From an uncultured Clostridia bacterium (lineage in GTDB: Bacteria > Bacillota > Clostridia > Oscillospirales > CAG-272): a DNA stretch of 46,196 nt. Where the stretch lies: contig CAJGCD010000002.1 in the NCBI GenBank assembly GCA_904501715.1, forward strand, positions 1 to 46,196, given 5' to 3'. Positions within the stretch are counted from its first letter, which is position 1. The number at the start of each line of letters is the position of its first letter. Shown in pieces: positions 43,109 to 46,196 of the stretch. The translations under genes and the position numbers were made by a program. The notes beneath the pieces are model-generated. The model did no database searches, was not told the DNA's origin, and saw nothing but the letters and a program-made list of their open reading frames with translations.

Positions 43109-43137
43109 ATATTACACCTTTTTTCCTATTTTGTCAA
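43109..43137 (-). promoter_or_regulatory. sigma-A promoter of the feo operon
   Basis: On the minus strand: TTGACA (43132-43137), 17-nt spacer, TAATAT (43109-43114). Confidence 0.7.
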
Positions 43138-43215
43138 TAGCTTTTTAAAAAATTTTTCTATAAATTTAACCAATTTAAACGGCTTACCGAAAATATCCTC
43201 TCGGTAAGCCGTTTG

Positions 43216-44817
43216 TTATCTTTCCCACTTTTCCGTAAGAGCTCGTATCTGAGAGGCAAATCTCGCGTTTTCCTTGTTTGGTCTGCTCTCGCACCTCTTT
43301 GCTAACGCCAGAAGCATTTCCGCCTGAGCTACCAGCTCGGAGTGAACACTGTTGCGCCTTGCCCTTGCCTTAGCCGCATCAGCCGCCGTGGCGCGTTTGC
43401 TTTCGGTGTAGGCGGTCATTATTCCTCTGGCAAGGTCGTACTCGGTTCCGCTGAAAGGAGTTTCCGCCGCGTATCCCCTTTGATTAAGCTCATCCTTAAG
43501 CGACCGTATGGAGTCCTCAGTTCCGTGGTTGAGAAAAACTATGGTCGGCTTTTTCTCAAATCCCGAAAGCCACTTCATCAATCCGTCCTTGTCAGCGTGT
43601 CCGCTCGTACCCTTAAGAGAGCGTATCTCGGCGCGCACGGCTATCTCCTCTCCGAAGAGCTTTACAGACTCCACACCGTCAAGGAGCATTCTTCCAAGGG
43701 TCGCCTCTGCCTGATATCCTACGAAAAGGATAAGGTTTTGCGCTCTCCAGAGATTGTGCTTAAGATGGTGGCGTATTCGCCCCGCCTCGCACATTCCGCT
43801 GGCGGAAAGTATCACCTTCGGAGTATTGTCATCGTTTATGTGTTTGGAATCCTCCACCGTCACAGACAATCTAAGATCCTTAAATCTTATGGGGTCTATT
43901 CCCTCTTTGATAAGCGCGTTAGTTTCCTCATCAAAGCAGGAAGGGTCACACTTAGAGAATATTTCGGTAGCCTCCACGGCAAGCGGACTGTCAACATATA
44001 CAGGAAAATTTCCTTTTTTCACTAAGCCCCTCTGCTTTATTTCCCTAATAGCGTATAGCATCTCCTGAGTGCGCCCAACGGCAAAGGAGGGTATTATCAC
44101 GTTTCCTCCCCTTGAGAGCGCTCTGTCTATATGCTCCGCAAGAACCTCCACCGTGTCTGTATCTCTGTCGTGCTCTCTGTTGCCGTAGGTTGACTCAAGA
44201 ACCAGATAATCCGCATCTTTAACCGTCAGAGGGTCCTTTATAATAGGCTGGTCTGTATTTCCCACGTCGCCGCTGAAAACTATTTTCTTCTCGACCGCTC
44301 CCTCGCGCATCCATATTTCAATAGCCGCCGAGCCGAGAAGATGTCCTATGTCGGCAAAGCGTATATCAACTCCCGCGGCTACGGTAATTCTCTGGTCATA
44401 GGGTATTCCCTTAAAGAGAGAGATAGCACCCTCCGCGTCCTCCATATCGTATATGGGAGAATATGCCTCCTCACCCGCGCGCTCAGCCCGTCTGTTTTTC
44501 CACTCCATCTCGGACATCTGTATATGAGCGCTGTCACGCAGCATGATGTCACAGAGCTTTGCGGTCATCTCAGTGGAATAGATAGTGCCTCTGAAGCCGT
44601 CCTTGTAAAGTCTGGGTAACATTCCCGAATGGTCGATATGAGCGTGGGTGAGAAATACCGCGTCTATCTGACTTGCGGGTACGGGTATAGGCACGTTCTG
44701 AAAAACGTCTATCCCCTGCTCCATACCGCAGTCAACAAGATAGTACCGACCGCTTATCTCAAGCAACGTGCAACTGCCCGTAACCTCGTTAGCCGCGCCT
44801 ATGAACTGTATCTTCAT
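43216..44817 (-). CDS. MBL-fold beta-CASP family hydrolase (RNA-metabolising, CPSF73/RNase-J-like)
   Basis: Start trimmed to the ATG at 44817 (AAGGAGGAAG SD). The motifs THAHIDHSG and ESTYG and a beta-CASP region are present, with a C-terminal RNA-specificity-like extension. Confidence 0.8.
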   Translation of the reverse strand: MKIQFIGAANEVTGSCTLLEISGRYYLVDCGMEQGIDVFQNVPIPVPASQIDAVFLTHAHIDHSGMLPRLYKDGFRGTIYSTEMTAKLCDIMLRDSAHIQMSEMEWKNRRAERAGEEAYSPIYDMEDAEGAISLFKGIPYDQRITVAAGVDIRFADIGHLLGSAAIEIWMREGAVEKKIVFSGDVGNTDQPIIKDPLTVKDADYLVLESTYGNREHDRDTDTVEVLAEHIDRALSRGGNVIIPSFAVGRTQEMLYAIREIKQRGLVKKGNFPVYVDSPLAVEATEIFSKCDPSCFDEETNALIKEGIDPIRFKDLRLSVTVEDSKHINDDNTPKVILSASGMCEAGRIRHHLKHNLWRAQNLILFVGYQAEATLGRMLLDGVESVKLFGEEIAVRAEIRSLKGTSGHADKDGLMKWLSGFEKKPTIVFLNHGTEDSIRSLKDELNQRGYAAETPFSGTEYDLARGIMTAYTESKRATAADAAKARARRNSVHSELVAQAEMLLALAKRCESRPNKENARFASQIRALTEKWER

Positions 44818-44948
44818 AGTATCTTCCTCCTTATTAGATTTTGACAAGCTTTCCCCTTTCAATTATATTATACCACAAAAGCGTCTATATTTCAACTCAT
44901 AAAAAAATTAAGCCTGAGCATCCTAAAAATATGAAAAGAGGATAATTT

Positions 44949-45167
44949 ATGCCGTATTTTAGTTATCACGCCACAGCAAAAAAGCTTATCCGCGAGGGTA
45001 AGCTCAGGAGCTATTTTTTCACCGAAAGATACCGCTCCGTATCCCCCGCTCTTGTTTTGCTCTTTGACGACTTAAAGCACCCCGTTATGCCAATACGTGA
45101 GCATCATTGGGAGGAATATATGAGAATTATATCGGAGCTATCGTCAAGGAAAAGACCTTTAATTTAG
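44949..45167 (+). CDS. small conserved hypothetical protein (72 aa)
   Basis: AAGAGGA SD. I believe the sequence MPYFSYHA..ISPALVLLFDD.KHPVMPIREHHWEEY recurs in Clostridia, but I cannot name a family. Confidence 0.55.
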   Translation: MPYFSYHATAKKLIREGKLRSYFFTERYRSVSPALVLLFDDLKHPVMPIREHHWEEYMRIISELSSRKRPLI

Positions 45168-45189
45168 TACAGCTAAATCGCTCAAATTC

Positions 45190-45221
45190 AAACACCTCCC
45201 TGATTACCCAAGGAGGTGTTT
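45190..45221. terminator. hairpin between convergent genes (weak terminator)
   Basis: AAACACCTCC / GGAGGTGTTT 10-bp stem with a 12-nt loop. The T tracts are poor. Confidence 0.4.
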
Positions 45222-45228
45222 GACAAAT

Positions 45229-45789
45229 TTATTTTACTTCTTCCATACGAAGCGAATATCCAAGCAGCTCGCCGATACTTGTAATCTTTCCCCTAACCGT
45301 AACCGTGTCGCCCTTTGATTTGTTCATTAGATATTCTCTTTGCCCATCATCCTTTATATAACACATTACGGTATCAAAATTCCACTCCGAGGCGGTAACC
45401 GATTCTATGGTAATATATTTTCCGTCACTGTCAAAACTTGATATTTTTCCCGTTAGCTCTACGTATTTATTTTGATAATCCTTTTCAGCCTTCAAAGCGT
45501 TCTGCTTCAGATCCTCCAGCATTTTGTCAATATCCACTTTTTCATACTTATTCTCTTGCGATTCTGCCGTTCCGGCTCCACTGTCTGTGCCTCCGTTTTC
45601 TAAAGTTGCATCTTCACCACCGCTACCTATCGCCGCTATAATAAGTACTCCCAAAACAATTATTGTCCAAAACCACCATTTAGTATATATGGGCTTAGGT
45701 AATTTAACATTGCACACGGGACATTTCTTCATTTTTAGGGTTACATCAGTGTTGCCACAAGTAGGGCATTTGATCTGTTTGTTTTTCAT
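45229..45789 (-). CDS. zinc-ribbon / single-TM / OB-fold-like (tRNA_anti-like) membrane protein
   Basis: CPTCGN..CPVCN is followed by a TM helix (WWFWTIIVLGVLIIAAI) and a Gly/Ser/Glu linker. The C-terminal YVELTGKISSFD...GDTVTVRGKITSI is typical of OB-fold cassettes. GGAGAG SD. Confidence 0.65.
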   Translation of the reverse strand: MKNKQIKCPTCGNTDVTLKMKKCPVCNVKLPKPIYTKWWFWTIIVLGVLIIAAIGSGGEDATLENGGTDSGAGTAESQENKYEKVDIDKMLEDLKQNALKAEKDYQNKYVELTGKISSFDSDGKYITIESVTASEWNFDTVMCYIKDDGQREYLMNKSKGDTVTVRGKITSIGELLGYSLRMEEVK

Positions 45790-45832
45790 TTTGCTCTCCT
45801 TTTATGCGATTCAGTTTGATTGTGTATATATT

Positions 45833-45876
45833 ATACTCAATTTTTGAGTAATTGTCAATACTCAAATTATGAGTAT
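45833..45876. promoter_or_regulatory. tandem operator palindromes in the divergent XRE control region
   Basis: ATACTCA-N5-TGAGTAA lies at 45833-45851. The perfect ATACTCA-aatta-TGAGTAT lies at 45858-45876. The centres are 25 bp apart. Confidence 0.7.
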
Positions 45877-45914
45877 GGTACACTTTTTACACAATTATAT
45901 TTTAAGGAGATTTT

Positions 45915-46124
45915 ATGAATTACCGTATAAGAATGAGAAATCTTAGAGAAGACAGGGATTTAACTCAAAAGCAAGTCGGAGCGCTTATTAATAAATCTCA
46001 ACAAGGGTACAGCCACATTGAGGACGGACGGGCGGAACTAAAAATTGACGATCTTATAAAGCTGTGTAAATTTTATAATGTTTCATCTGATTATTTGATA
46101 GGTCTTTCAGATAACGTAAGATGA
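45915..46124 (+). CDS. XRE family HTH transcriptional regulator (69 aa)
   Basis: AAGGAG SD. The sequence LREDRDLTQKQVGALINKSQQGYSHIEDGRAELKIDDLIKLCKFYNVSSDYLIGLSD is a classical HTH_3 repressor. Confidence 0.85.
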   Translation: MNYRIRMRNLREDRDLTQKQVGALINKSQQGYSHIEDGRAELKIDDLIKLCKFYNVSSDYLIGLSDNVR

Positions 46125-46196
46125 TTTATAAATATTATCTACCCGCGAGTCGATATTTATTATTTTGTGGCGACAATCCGCACCAGTCGCATAGTC

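Noticed and set aside
1-46196. Scan for CRISPR arrays, cas genes, transposases, integrases, reverse transcriptases, restriction-modification genes or toxin-antitoxin pairs.
   Set aside because: No regularly spaced repeat array and none of these gene families could be recognised. The only repeats are the GTAG hairpins, the GC-rich family and the att-like duplications reported above.

Overview
This 46.2 kb window looks like chromosomal DNA from a spore-forming Firmicute of class Clostridia. Supporting evidence includes a SigK-type sporulation sigma factor, Clostridia-style feoA-feoB plus a Cys-rich Feo partner, and strong consensus sigma-A promoters. The left half (1-24 kb) is mostly housekeeping. 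It carries ldhA, a DMT transporter, GDPD, a ZIP zinc transporter, phosphofructokinase, sigK, a UPF0210/ACT pair, VanZ and smpB with tmRNA. It also carries a multidomain flavodiiron protein, two lipoproteins, a radical SAM/SPASM enzyme, TauE and a PHP-AAC(3)-PHP operon. The middle (24.4-40.4 kb) is bounded by tRNA genes: tRNA-Gln(CTG) and tRNA-Arg(CCG) on the left, tRNA-Ser(TGA) on the right. It holds a transporter-less set of apparently cytoplasmic carbohydrate enzymes: a DUF4965/glutaminase-A-like protein, GH4, GH43, GH78, two AraC regulators, HAD, two GDPD-type proteins and an SDR, plus gene relics. The right end carries the feo operon, a beta-CASP MBL ribonuclease and an XRE switch region. 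I found no CRISPR array, transposase, integrase or obvious defence system. The most unusual items are listed here. (1) A 1411-aa membrane-anchored helical-repeat protein whose last ~70 aa resemble the C-terminal half of ribosomal protein uL15. (2) A family of GTAG-headed hairpin repeats (REP/REPIN-like) with conserved loops and covarying stems, embedded in a wider GC-rich repeat family clustered around the tRNA genes. One member sits inside a tRNA-Ser-like pseudo-cloverleaf. (3) A carbon-nitrogen hydrolase fused to a GDPD domain inside a glycosidase operon, next to a GDPD paralogue with substituted catalytic residues. (4) att-like duplications at tRNA-Arg and a 22-nt repeat flanking an AraC-hydrolase module. 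(5) A 20-bp palindrome present twice in the feo operon. All functional calls rest on by-eye motif recognition and need HMM or BLAST confirmation.
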